Positions 36,263 through 45,625 of a stretch of 64,000 bases of DNA are shown here, one piece after another. Position 1 is the first letter of the stretch. Every line of letters starts with the position of its first letter. This stretch comes from a virus (taxonomy: Duplodnaviria > Caudoviricetes), in IMG/VR virus record IMGVR_UViG_3300027770_000038, positions 1 to 64,000 of that record, one strand, 5' to 3'. The position numbers and the translations under genes are program-made. The notes beneath the pieces are model-generated. The model was not told where the DNA came from. It made no database searches and saw nothing but the letters and a program-made list of their open reading frames with translations.

Positions 36263-36690
36263 AGTTCTTTATCTGGGTGAACAGCCTACTGGGGACATCC
36301 CAGTTCAAACGCATCAGAGACATCAGGCCCGTAAAAAGACCCTAGTCAACTGGATCTAAGAAATCCAACGCCATTTCGGGAAAAGGCGACGTTCCGCAAG
36401 GAGAAGACTTTGAAAAAGCTGAAACCTCATTTTTCTCAAAAGAAAAAGCTGGCAGTTCCGTCCTAAGAGAAATCCCACCCGCAAAGGTAAAGAACTTAAA
36501 CAAAGAGTTAGTCATTAGCTAGGCTCTCTTGAGAGGGCCGAAAATCTGATAAACAGACTGCGAAGGATTGAAATGGGTAACTCTTGATTATTTTGAAATC
36601 TCTATTTTAATTTAGAGATGACAAGCCTTTCCTATTTTAACTCAAAGAAAAATCATAAAGCTGGCAGTTCCTTTTACAAACCAGCCTTTC
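36263..36690 (+). ncRNA. unassigned multi-domain structured RNA (or transcription-linked origin)
   Basis: 460-nt gene-free gap; long-range helix 36263-36279/36476-36496, second domain 36503-36585, many hairpins, GNRA loop, G-U pairs favouring the + strand. Confidence 0.65.
36445..36671 (+). repeat. 15-nt direct repeat AAAGCTGGCAGTTCC, 2 copies
   Basis: exact copies at 36445-36459 and 36657-36671. Confidence 0.85.
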
Positions 36691-36709
36691 TTAAATACTA
36701 TATTTTACT

Positions 36710-37342
36710 ATGTCTAACCAGTTTCTAGGTATTGCAGGTGTTGCTACTGTCGGTAAGGATACTTACTATAAATTACTAAAAGAAATTTGCTTAGAAGACT
36801 TTGGAGTAAACGTAGTTAGATTTTCTTTGGCAGATTCTTTAAAAAAAGACTTGTTCTCTTTTATCTTAGAAAAATACAATGTTGATATTTTTAATTGCTC
36901 TACTGAAGACAAAAACAAAGTAAGACATGAGTTAGTAAATCACGCAAGGACAATGCGGCAAAATACTAAAGGTAGGTATTGGATAGAAAAGCTTCAGTCT
37001 GAAATCGAAGCTTATAAAAAATCTGAAAATTTTAAACAGTCAGATATTTTTTGTGTAACTGATATTAGACACTTCGAATATCCTAGCGATGAAGTCGTCT
37101 GGTTAAAGGAAGAAAATAAAGGGTTTTTAATTTATGTTGAAAAATTTTTTGAAGACGGTTCAGTTTGCGCTCCTGCAAACGATGATGAGAGAAGAAATGA
37201 TCCTTTTCTTAGAAAAAATGCTGATCATTCTCTTTGTTGGAGGCATGGATGGCCTGAAAAATATTTAAAAGATTTAGTCAAAAAGACCCTTGACATTTCT
37301 ATAAAAAAAGGTAAGCTTTATACACATGATAGAATCAACTGA
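36710..37342 (+). CDS. deoxynucleoside monophosphate kinase
   Basis: GIAGVATVGKDT P-loop, SLAD.LK, R..L, YWI, VTDIR...E. Confidence 0.78.
   Translation: MSNQFLGIAGVATVGKDTYYKLLKEICLEDFGVNVVRFSLADSLKKDLFSFILEKYNVDIFNCSTEDKNKVRHELVNHARTMRQNTKGRYWIEKLQSEIEAYKKSENFKQSDIFCVTDIRHFEYPSDEVVWLKEENKGFLIYVEKFFEDGSVCAPANDDERRNDPFLRKNADHSLCWRHGWPEKYLKDLVKKTLDISIKKGKLYTHDRIN
37290..37317 (+). promoter_or_regulatory. sigma70-type promoter, near-leaderless, for the sigma factor gene
   Basis: TTGACA-16 nt-TAAGCT, 8 nt before the ATG at 37326. Confidence 0.6.
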
Positions 37343-37913
37343 CAACGAACTTGTAACAAAGGTAAAACTTCATCAATGCAACCAATCATTAAAAACTCTT
37401 ATAGAAAGGCATTCTCCTCTTTGTTTTGACATCTTTAAGAAGTATAATAAAATTCTTCAAGAAAGGGGGATAAGCCCAGAAGATCTTGTCAATGAAAAAG
37501 ATTACATTATTTATAAATGTACTCTTAATTTTGATGAAAATCAGAACAGTAAGTTTTCGACTTGGCTGGCTAATCATGTTAAATACAAATGTTTAACAAA
37601 CATTACAAAACACAAATGGACAATTTCTCTTGATGATGAAAATCAAAAGACATTAGCAGCAAATCTCTGTCAGCAGTCGAATGATTTTGAAGAAAAAAAA
37701 GATTATATCTTTAATCTACTTTGTCAAATGAAAGACAAAAGACTTGAAAAGATAATCCTGTTAAGATATTACGGAGACAAGTCCTCTCGCAAATGGAAGA
37801 ATATATCAAAAGAACTTGGAGTCACATATCAGACAGCAATCACTTTGCACAAAAAAGCTCTTGAATTTTTAAAGACTAAAATTGAGAGCAAAGAGATGCA
37901 AGATTTTGTATAA
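37326..37913 (+). CDS. sigma70-family RNA polymerase sigma factor
   Basis: L..LIERH..L, FD....SKFSTWL (region 2), LRYY...WK.I.KELGVT.Q....L..KAL (region 4 HTH). Confidence 0.82.
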   Translation: MIESTDNELVTKVKLHQCNQSLKTLIERHSPLCFDIFKKYNKILQERGISPEDLVNEKDYIIYKCTLNFDENQNSKFSTWLANHVKYKCLTNITKHKWTISLDDENQKTLAANLCQQSNDFEEKKDYIFNLLCQMKDKRLEKIILLRYYGDKSSRKWKNISKELGVTYQTAITLHKKALEFLKTKIESKEMQDFV

Positions 37914-37963
37914 ATTGTCTTTACTTTTCCTTCGCGAGGAGCTAGTATTTATTTGCATAAATT

Positions 37964-38335
37964 ATGCCTACTCCTACTCCTAATACTAGCAATACTGAAA
38001 GCAATACAATTCGACGAGAACTTGGCGCACTTTGGAGCCGTAAAGGCTCTAGTGGTTCTGAGTATCTAACCGGGAAATTCCGCCTTAAGGACATCAAGGA
38101 TAACTTTGATGAAGTTAAGATTATTGTTTTCCCAAATAACAAGAAGAAGAACGATGGCTCTCCTGATTTTCAGATCTTTATGGAGAAGGCCCAATATGAA
38201 ACCCTCACTGGAACTCAAGGCGCTCCTGCTTCTGAACCCGCTCCAGCAGCAAAGACTCTCCCTCGCGTAGCAACGGTTAAGCCATTTCCAAAGGCCGCAG
38301 TTAGTCAAGTTAGCGCAGATGATGATTTGATCTAA
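37964..38335 (+). CDS. putative single-stranded DNA-binding protein (DUF736-like)
   Basis: GALW.RK....EYLTG, F.N..K....PDF.I, Pro/Ala linker, acidic tail DDDLI. Confidence 0.7.
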   Translation: MPTPTPNTSNTESNTIRRELGALWSRKGSSGSEYLTGKFRLKDIKDNFDEVKIIVFPNNKKKNDGSPDFQIFMEKAQYETLTGTQGAPASEPAPAAKTLPRVATVKPFPKAAVSQVSADDDLI

Positions 38336-38336
38336 T

Positions 38337-39416
38337 ATGAAATTTGCCTTACATCTTCCAGTAAATTCGACCAGCTTTGGTCAGGTTTCTATTCAGCTTC
38401 TTAAAGAGATCTATTCTTTGAAGTTGGAGCCGTCATTATTTATGATTGGCGCTCCTGACTTCGGGCAGGAAGAGATTACGGAAGATTTTAAGAACTGGTT
38501 TAATTCTTGTTTGAAGAAAGGTCTTCGATATCATTCAAGAAAAGATCCAATTTTTAAATTATGGCATATTAATGGTTCGCTTGAGTCTTATAGTGACAGG
38601 CAATTTCTCCTTACGTTCCACGAACTTGATGCCCTCACTCAGGCTGAAATTAATATCTTAAAAAATAATGACAAGGTATTAGTTTCCTCTCCTTATTCTG
38701 TGAAGGTATTCAACGAGCATGGGGTAGGTAATACTTCTTATCTGCCCCTGTTCTTTGATGCAAAGAATTTTAAAGCCACAAACAAAACGTATTTTAATGA
38801 CGGAAGGGTTACGTTTAATCTCTGTGGTAAGTTTGAAAAGCGCAAACATCATGTAAAAGCTATTCGTGCATGGGTCAATAAGTATGCAAACAATAGTAAT
38901 TATTCTTTGCAATGCGCTCTTTATAACAACTTCATTTCTCAAGAAGATAACACCAAGCTGATCAACATGGCGGTGGAAGGAAAGAAATTCTTTAATGTTA
39001 GTTTCTTCGGCCACATGGCTCAGACTAATCTTTACAATGAATTTCTAAATTCAGCAGATGTTATCCTTGGAGCTTCTGGCGGTGAAGGATGGGCTTTACC
39101 AGAGTTCCAATCTGTTGCAATCGGCAAGCATTCCGTAATTGTTAATGCTCACGCATATACTGCTTGGGCAAACGACAAGAACTCTGTTATGTTGCAAGCA
39201 TCTGGGAAGACTCCCGCTTATGACAATATGTTTTTCCATGAAGGACAAGAATTCAATCAAGGAAATATTTTTGAATGGTCTGAGGACGCTTTCATTGAAG
39301 GCTGCGAAAAAGCTATCGCCAGAGTCAAGCGAAGCAAAATAAACCAAGAAGGATTGAAGCTTCAGGAGCAGTTCACCGTCAAAAAAACCACGGACCAAAT
39401 TTTGTCTCTCTTTTAA
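38337..39416 (+). CDS. GT4-family glycosyltransferase
   Basis: GKFEKRK, SGGEGWALPEFQS.A.GK. Confidence 0.82.
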   Translation: MKFALHLPVNSTSFGQVSIQLLKEIYSLKLEPSLFMIGAPDFGQEEITEDFKNWFNSCLKKGLRYHSRKDPIFKLWHINGSLESYSDRQFLLTFHELDALTQAEINILKNNDKVLVSSPYSVKVFNEHGVGNTSYLPLFFDAKNFKATNKTYFNDGRVTFNLCGKFEKRKHHVKAIRAWVNKYANNSNYSLQCALYNNFISQEDNTKLINMAVEGKKFFNVSFFGHMAQTNLYNEFLNSADVILGASGGEGWALPEFQSVAIGKHSVIVNAHAYTAWANDKNSVMLQASGKTPAYDNMFFHEGQEFNQGNIFEWSEDAFIEGCEKAIARVKRSKINQEGLKLQEQFTVKKTTDQILSLF

Positions 39417-39417
39417 T

Positions 39418-39762
39418 ATGCCTGTTTACATTTTTCAAAATCCCAAGACAAAAGAATACAAAGAAGTTTTTCTTTCGATTGACGCAGAGAAGGTCTACAG
39501 CGAAGGCGAGGTAAAATGGCAAAGGATTTTCCTATCTCCTAATGTAAGTGTAGATACTCAGATAGATGCAAACTCTGAGCAAGATTTTGTTGAAAAAACT
39601 AAGAGAAAGAATTATAATCTTGGTGAAATGTGGGATGCTTCGAAAGATCTTTCTGAAAAGAGAGAAAAAGAACGTGGAGTAGACCCTGTTAAAGAGAAGT
39701 CTCTAAAAGAATATTCCAAGAAACGTCGTGGCGCAAAGCACACGAACAGAGTCGTACTCTAA
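39418..39762 (+). CDS. FmdB-like small phage protein
   Basis: MPVY.F.....E..EV, WQRIF..P; lacks Zn-ribbon cysteines. Confidence 0.55.
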   Translation: MPVYIFQNPKTKEYKEVFLSIDAEKVYSEGEVKWQRIFLSPNVSVDTQIDANSEQDFVEKTKRKNYNLGEMWDASKDLSEKREKERGVDPVKEKSLKEYSKKRRGAKHTNRVVL

Positions 39763-39815
39763 TTTTTTTTGATTTCCCAAAGCAGTTTATTGTCAGTGTA
39801 ATTTATTATCCCTAT

Positions 39816-42713
39816 ATGAGCAAGGCTATTAACTTCCTAGATGAAATGGCGAACTTTACGTTCGTTACAAAATACGCAAAATACGATGAAAAGAAGAAGC
39901 GTAGAGAAACATGGGACGAGACTGTTACAAGAGTCGAGACCATGCACTTGAAGAAATTCAAATACCTACCAAAAGAAGACAAATATGAAATCTCAAAAGC
40001 TTTCGACTTGGTTAGAGAAAAGAAAGTCACTCCTTCAATGCGGAGTATGCAATTCGGCGGCAAGGCTGTTGAAGCGCATAATGGAAGAATTTTTAATTGT
40101 CTTTCAAAAGATACATCATTCATTACCTCTAATGGCGTAAAGAAATTTTCTGACTTTTCTGATGGAGACAAAACGATTGTTTTAACTCATAAAGGTAATT
40201 GGAAAAATGCAACTGTAAAATATTTTGGAGATGATTTTCTTTATCCAGTTACAGTTTCTAGGTGCAAGAATAAACAAACCATTTTCGCTACTAAAAACCA
40301 TCGATGGATTCTTAAAGACGGCTCCTTTGTCTCTTCTCTTGAAGAAGGACTCGCTCTAAGAGGCGCAGAAGACATCTTCTCTTCTTTTAATTATGACAGT
40401 GCTTCTCCATTGGAAAAGCTATATTGGTGCTATGGATATGTTTTTGGAGATGGCTCGATAGTAAATAGCAAAAATAATTCCTATTCAATGGTCCGACTTT
40501 GCAAGAAAGATCAGAAATATCATACTCGTTTCGAAGAGATTGGATTTAATACGTCTTTACCTTTGTCATGTAATGGAGACTTTTTTGCTTACACCGGATC
40601 TTATTTAAAGACTGCTCCAAATCCAGAGATTGATTCTCCAGAAATGATTAGAGCATTTGTTGCTGGCTATTGTGATGCAGATGCTGCTAAAAACTCAAAT
40701 TCTAATAGAAACTATAATACTGACAATAGATATTCAAGCATTCAAGCCAGCGGTGAAAAACATATTGATTTTATAAGATCATGTTTCCCAATTGCAGGAA
40801 TTTATATTGTATCTGAAGAAGATCTAAGCGGAGAAAAGACTAACTTTGGAATTAGGACTTCTCCAACAATTAGATTTAGAATTTTTAATGCTCCAAATAA
40901 TAAAGAAAATAGCAATACTCCTTTTGTTGTTTCTTCTATTGGAGAACCTGTTTTTGGAGAAACTTGGTGTTTAATTGTCGAAGATGATGAATCGTTTGTT
41001 TTCCCAAGCGGCTTGGTTACTGGCAACTGCGCTGTACGCCATATTGATTCTATTCGTTCTTTTGCTGAGTCCTTTTATACTCTTCTTTGTGGTACTGGTG
41101 TTGGATTTGGCATCACTGATAAGCTGCTCAATCGGCTCCCTGATCTCGTTAACGCTAAAGACAAGACAGGAGCGGTAATCACTTATACTGTAACTGATAA
41201 TATTGAAGGTTGGGGCGACTCTATTGAAGCTCTATTAAATTGTTATTTCAAGAATACTGCTTATTCTGGGCGCAAGATTGTTTTCGATTATAGCAAAATT
41301 CGTCCAAAGGGCGCGAAGCTCAAGACTGGCGGCGGAAAAGCTCCCGGTTACAAGGGGCTCAAGAACTGCCATTTCAAGGTTAAGCTCTTGCTTGACACTA
41401 TTATTGAAGACAGCAATCAAACTCGCCTTAAGACCGTCAATGCCTATGATATTTTAATGCATTGCGCTGACGCAGTCTTGTCAGGAGGCATTCGCCGCTC
41501 TGCTTGCAGTGTCATTTTTGATGCTCAAGACAAGGACATGATGAACGCAAAGACTGGCGACTGGTTCCTTGACAACCCCCAGAGAGCTAGGTCAAATAAT
41601 TCAGCAATTATTATTCGCGGCAAGACTTCTTATGCAGAGTTTGAAACTCTCATTAATAAGACTAAAGAGTTTGGTGAGCCGGGATTCCTATATGTTGTTG
41701 ACGAGGATCAGCTTTTAAATCCTTGTTTTGAAATCTCGTTTATTCCTATCACTAAAGATGGACGTTGTGGGTTCCAGTTCTGCAACCTTACTTCTATTAA
41801 TGGCGCTAAAGTTAAGTCTCTAGAAGATTTTAAAAACGCTTCTTGGGCAGCTTCATTGATAGGTACATTGCAAGCAGCATATACATCTTTCCCTTATCTT
41901 GGCCATACATCAGAAGAATTAACTGAACAAGAAGCCTTGCTTGGGGTTTCTATCACTGGAATGATGGATAATCCAGACATTCTTTTCAATCCAGAATATC
42001 AAAGAGAAGCTGCCAAGGTATGTGTCAATACTAATATTGAATGGGCTAAGAAGATTGGAGTCAATCAAGCCTCTAGAGTAACTTGTATTAAGCCAGAAGG
42101 AACCAACTCAATTGTATTGTCTGCTGCTTCTGGAATTCACCCTCATCACGCTCGCAAATACTTCCGCCGAATTCAAGTCAACAAGGAAGATAACGTCTAT
42201 AAGTTCTTTAAGATGTTTAACGAACACGCTTGCGAAGAGAGCGTTTGGAGCGCAAACAAGGTAGATGATGTTATTACATTTCCTATTGAAGTAGATGAGA
42301 ATGTCAAGATTAAGTCTGGACTTAATGCCATTGAACATCTAGACCTTATTAAGTTGACCCAAACTAATTGGGTAAATTGCGGGACAACCGAAGCCAACAA
42401 GAAACCATTAAATCATTCAGTTAGCTGCACAGTTATCGTTAAAGATGACGAATGGAAGACTGTTACAGAATACCTTTACAAGAATCAAGAATACTTTACT
42501 GCTGTTTCATTACTGCCTTACTCTGGAGATAAAATTTATCAACAAGCTCCAATGGAAGCCGTCATAACCCCTGAAGACGAAGAAAAGTTCAATAAGCTTC
42601 AGGCAGAATGGTCACAGGTTGATTTCACCAAACTTATTGAGGATGAAGACGAGACAAGTCATACTCAAGAAGCTTCTTGCGCTGGAGGGAAATGCGAGCC
42701 AGTTAGTTTGTAA
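39816..42713 (+). CDS. nrdJ: class II (B12-dependent, monomeric-type) ribonucleotide reductase with intein
   Basis: RRETW.E, PSMR, FNC, GTGVGF, GGIRRSA, RSNNS, GEPG, NPCFEI, CNLT, TCIKPEGT, C-terminal CAGGKCE. Confidence 0.88.
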   Translation: MSKAINFLDEMANFTFVTKYAKYDEKKKRRETWDETVTRVETMHLKKFKYLPKEDKYEISKAFDLVREKKVTPSMRSMQFGGKAVEAHNGRIFNCLSKDTSFITSNGVKKFSDFSDGDKTIVLTHKGNWKNATVKYFGDDFLYPVTVSRCKNKQTIFATKNHRWILKDGSFVSSLEEGLALRGAEDIFSSFNYDSASPLEKLYWCYGYVFGDGSIVNSKNNSYSMVRLCKKDQKYHTRFEEIGFNTSLPLSCNGDFFAYTGSYLKTAPNPEIDSPEMIRAFVAGYCDADAAKNSNSNRNYNTDNRYSSIQASGEKHIDFIRSCFPIAGIYIVSEEDLSGEKTNFGIRTSPTIRFRIFNAPNNKENSNTPFVVSSIGEPVFGETWCLIVEDDESFVFPSGLVTGNCAVRHIDSIRSFAESFYTLLCGTGVGFGITDKLLNRLPDLVNAKDKTGAVITYTVTDNIEGWGDSIEALLNCYFKNTAYSGRKIVFDYSKIRPKGAKLKTGGGKAPGYKGLKNCHFKVKLLLDTIIEDSNQTRLKTVNAYDILMHCADAVLSGGIRRSACSVIFDAQDKDMMNAKTGDWFLDNPQRARSNNSAIIIRGKTSYAEFETLINKTKEFGEPGFLYVVDEDQLLNPCFEISFIPITKDGRCGFQFCNLTSINGAKVKSLEDFKNASWAASLIGTLQAAYTSFPYLGHTSEELTEQEALLGVSITGMMDNPDILFNPEYQREAAKVCVNTNIEWAKKIGVNQASRVTCIKPEGTNSIVLSAASGIHPHHARKYFRRIQVNKEDNVYKFFKMFNEHACEESVWSANKVDDVITFPIEVDENVKIKSGLNAIEHLDLIKLTQTNWVNCGTTEANKKPLNHSVSCTVIVKDDEWKTVTEYLYKNQEYFTAVSLLPYSGDKIYQQAPMEAVITPEDEEKFNKLQAEWSQVDFTKLIEDEDETSHTQEASCAGGKCEPVSL
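40098..41027 (+). mobile_element. 310-aa intein with LAGLIDADG-type endonuclease in nrdJ
   Basis: starts CLSKDT, block B ATKNHRW, YGYVFGDGS and FVAGYCDADA, ends LVTGN before extein Cys. Confidence 0.9.
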
Positions 42714-42764
42714 ACTTTTGTGTCTTTTTTATTCATATGGTGCTTCTAGCGTGTAGAGTATTAT

Positions 42765-42932
42765 ATGAACTTTACTGTTGGTTTTTCCAACGAAATTAAA
42801 GCATTAAAAAAGCAAGATGACTGCAAAAAATACAGTCAATTAAAAGACAGCGACTTTCTATTTCAGAGAGTCGCTCTTTTCTTGTCTTAACGCCTTAAAA
42901 ATGTAAAAACCGCTATTGAAACTTATATTTAA
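42765..42932 (+). pseudogene. possible frameshifted remnant of a small phage gene
   Basis: 41-aa ORF; two 1-nt shifts extend it to LKDSDFLF-ESRSFLVLTPKNVKTAIETYI; preceded by a GTGTAGA motif variant. Confidence 0.35.
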
Positions 42933-42940
42933 TAACTAAT

Positions 42941-43225
42941 ATGACACCAGCAACAGGAGCGACTATGGATTGGCAAACTTTATTTAATATAGCATTATCT
43001 ATTCTCAGCTTCTTAGCTGCTTGGATTTTCAAAAGGAACTTCCAAATGATAGACAAACAAGAAAACAAAGTATCAGATCTTGAAAAGAAGATCTACGGCA
43101 TCGAAATAGCACTTCCTAAAGAATACGTCAATAAAGAAGACCTTAATAAATTCTCAGAGAACATTAATGCTAGATTTGATAAACTAGAAGTTAAGCTTGA
43201 TAATATCATTGAAAGAAGTAAATAA
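42941..43225 (+). CDS. small membrane protein with coiled coil (holin-like)
   Basis: N-terminal TM LFNIALSILSFLAAWIF; LP.EYV.KED...F...I..RFDKLE.KLD. Confidence 0.6.
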   Translation: MTPATGATMDWQTLFNIALSILSFLAAWIFKRNFQMIDKQENKVSDLEKKIYGIEIALPKEYVNKEDLNKFSENINARFDKLEVKLDNIIERSK

Positions 43226-44025
43226 TGCTTTCCTTTTTAGTATTAAATTACAATCGACCTAAAGAAACTGAACTTTGTTTAAAATCAATTAAGCAATTTA
43301 CTAAGTTCAATCACGAAATAGTTTTACTAAATAATGGCGGCGAAGACCACGCTGCCATTTTTTCTTTTTTCAATCAAGGATTAATTGATAAACTCATCTT
43401 AAGGAAAAAAAATTCTGGCTGCGGGTTAGGGACAAGAGAGCTTTTTAATGACTTTAATCTTGATAATGATTATGTAGTTTATGTACAATGCGATCAGTTC
43501 ATGGTTAGAGACTTTACTATTGAAGAGTTCAATAGCTACAAACAAGCATTAGATCAAAATAAATCTGCTGCTCATGTTGACCTTTCTGGAAATCAAGGCA
43601 ATGGCAGATATTCTGAAAGAGCGCACTTAACTAGCAAAAAGTTCTATAACTCTATTCCCAATTCAAAAGGTGGCCCCGGACCTTATGCAAACGAGTTATG
43701 GACAGAAGAATCAATTCAAAATTTCTATAAAGATAATCAGTTAAAATTCTTTGTGGCTACATTGTTGTTTGCTGATAACGGCAAGGTTTCAATACGGGAA
43801 TACCCTTGCGGCGGAAGGCTCATCCAACACACAGACACAAAAGAAGTAATTATCGATTCTCCAATCAAGCAAAGGATAGATTTCCCCAATGTAAAGCTCA
43901 CAGACGGAGAGTGGGAATCTATTTTAAATGACACTTGGATTAACGGTACAATCCCAGAAGGCCATAAAAATAATTCTTTTTTATGTTGGAAAGATTCTTT
44001 GGGGATTGATATAATGAATGGATGA
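43225..44025 (+). CDS. GT2-family glycosyltransferase
   Basis: LVLNYNRP..T..CL.SI, VLLNNG, N.GCG.G, YVQCD. Confidence 0.78.
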   Translation: MLSFLVLNYNRPKETELCLKSIKQFTKFNHEIVLLNNGGEDHAAIFSFFNQGLIDKLILRKKNSGCGLGTRELFNDFNLDNDYVVYVQCDQFMVRDFTIEEFNSYKQALDQNKSAAHVDLSGNQGNGRYSERAHLTSKKFYNSIPNSKGGPGPYANELWTEESIQNFYKDNQLKFFVATLLFADNGKVSIREYPCGGRLIQHTDTKEVIIDSPIKQRIDFPNVKLTDGEWESILNDTWINGTIPEGHKNNSFLCWKDSLGIDIMNG

Positions 44026-44864
44026 AAGTCTACCTTTGTGGAATCACACAAAATCAAAAGAAAAATATAGATGATTTAACTAGGGACTGTTACAAGGCTT
44101 TTGATGGTTTAATTTACGTTGATGGCGGCTCCACAGATGGAACTAAAGAACTTCTAGAAGAAAGAAAAGGTTGTGGTCAAGTTATCTATCGTAAATGGAC
44201 TAATGATCATGACTTTCAGATGAATGAGTTCTTGCGCCAAGGCCCACTTAAGATTGGCGACTGGTTCGTCCTCAGAGATTCTAGAGAAAGATTTAATCCT
44301 GAATGGGTCGCAGGGATCAAAGAGCTAATTCAAAAAGCTAAACAATCAAATATCAAGTCTATCTATAACTATGGCAAAGGTTTCGCCTTTGAATACTATG
44401 ATGACATGTTCTTTCATGGCTCTCCTCATTGGGGTTTAGTTGGAGCCAGACCACAAGCCGTAGACCTATCTCAATTCTTCGACGAGAATAAAAAAGAACA
44501 TACTTGGAGACTAAGAGATGGAGAAGACGATCCCGAAAGAGACGAATCTTATTACATTGACCATTTCTTTAAATACTATTATGTATATGGCAGAAGCAAC
44601 CACCTCCTCCTAGGTAGAGAGAATAATCAAGAGGGCTTCCAAAGAGCGGAGGAAAACAGAAAACAATTTAGAATGTACTGTCATTCTATAGGTTTAGAAT
44701 TTAATACTGAATCTTTTATTAAATACGCAACTTCTGGAGGGAAATATGATTCTAGATTTATAGAGTTTATTAATTCAGAAGATATTCTTAAAGATTTTTA
44801 TAGGAATAAAATCTTAAACGAGCCAATTAAAAGCATTCAAAGCAATAGATATTTTAGAATTTAA
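44022..44864 (+). CDS. GT2-like glycosyltransferase
   Basis: VDGGSTDGT.ELL, W..DH..Q.N, LRDS.ER. Confidence 0.75.
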   Translation: MKVYLCGITQNQKKNIDDLTRDCYKAFDGLIYVDGGSTDGTKELLEERKGCGQVIYRKWTNDHDFQMNEFLRQGPLKIGDWFVLRDSRERFNPEWVAGIKELIQKAKQSNIKSIYNYGKGFAFEYYDDMFFHGSPHWGLVGARPQAVDLSQFFDENKKEHTWRLRDGEDDPERDESYYIDHFFKYYYVYGRSNHLLLGRENNQEGFQRAEENRKQFRMYCHSIGLEFNTESFIKYATSGGKYDSRFIEFINSEDILKDFYRNKILNEPIKSIQSNRYFRI

Positions 44865-45625
44865 TGAAATTTTCTTCTTATACTTCTGCGTTTAATCTCA
44901 TTAAGATGGGCTTTGATTGGCAAAATTCTATCCTGAATTATTCACAGTTCATGGATGAGGTAGTTATTGCTATAAACACTTCAGAAGATAACACATTTGA
45001 AAGCGTCAGTAAGTTTCTAGAAGAGAAAGGCATTTCTAACGTCATTCTCTGTCAATGCGCTTTCGACTACTCTGATCTGGCGTTTGATGGTAAAATTAAA
45101 AACTTTGCGCTGCAACACACTTCTGGAGATATAAAGATTTCTTGCGATATAGACGAAAGATTTCCTTTGAACCAAAAGGATTTATGGCGCACTGTAGGAG
45201 AGTATTTATTATCTCAGAATGAAGTTTCTGCATTTTTAATTCCAAGTATTAATCTATGTGGAGACATTTACCACTATAAAGACATTGGGTATAAATGGTA
45301 TATGCATAAAGATGGGCTTTATCGTGGAATTGTTAATTTCGCTAAGAGACAAGATGGTAAAATAGATACCGATAGAAGCGATACCTGTGAGCTTATAGAC
45401 GCTAATGGGAACCTTGTTCAAACTTTAAAATTTAATAATTCAATAGAAAGTCTTAGAGAAGGACAAATTCCTTATGTCTTTCATCACTGGGCTGTAGATA
45501 AAGACCAAAGGATAAAGCAAAATGAATTCTGGCAACCTGTCTGGTCTAATCGCGCAGGTAAAGAAATAAACACAAAGACAGACTTTTTAAAAATGCAAAC
45601 AAAAGAACACCAATTAAAAATATGA
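44864..45625 (+). CDS. GT2-like glycosyltransferase
   Basis: DEVVIA..TSED.T, KNFALQ, CDIDER. Confidence 0.75.
   Translation: MKFSSYTSAFNLIKMGFDWQNSILNYSQFMDEVVIAINTSEDNTFESVSKFLEEKGISNVILCQCAFDYSDLAFDGKIKNFALQHTSGDIKISCDIDERFPLNQKDLWRTVGEYLLSQNEVSAFLIPSINLCGDIYHYKDIGYKWYMHKDGLYRGIVNFAKRQDGKIDTDRSDTCELIDANGNLVQTLKFNNSIESLREGQIPYVFHHWAVDKDQRIKQNEFWQPVWSNRAGKEINTKTDFLKMQTKEHQLKI

Noticed and set aside
36263-36690. tmRNA, RNase P, 6S, hammerhead, group I/II intron or retron identity for the structured region
   Set aside because: No tRNA-like ends, no GAGGAAAGUCC, not a single rod, no CUGANGA/GAAA core in the right arrangement, no interrupted gene and no reverse transcriptase nearby. A covariance-model search is still needed.
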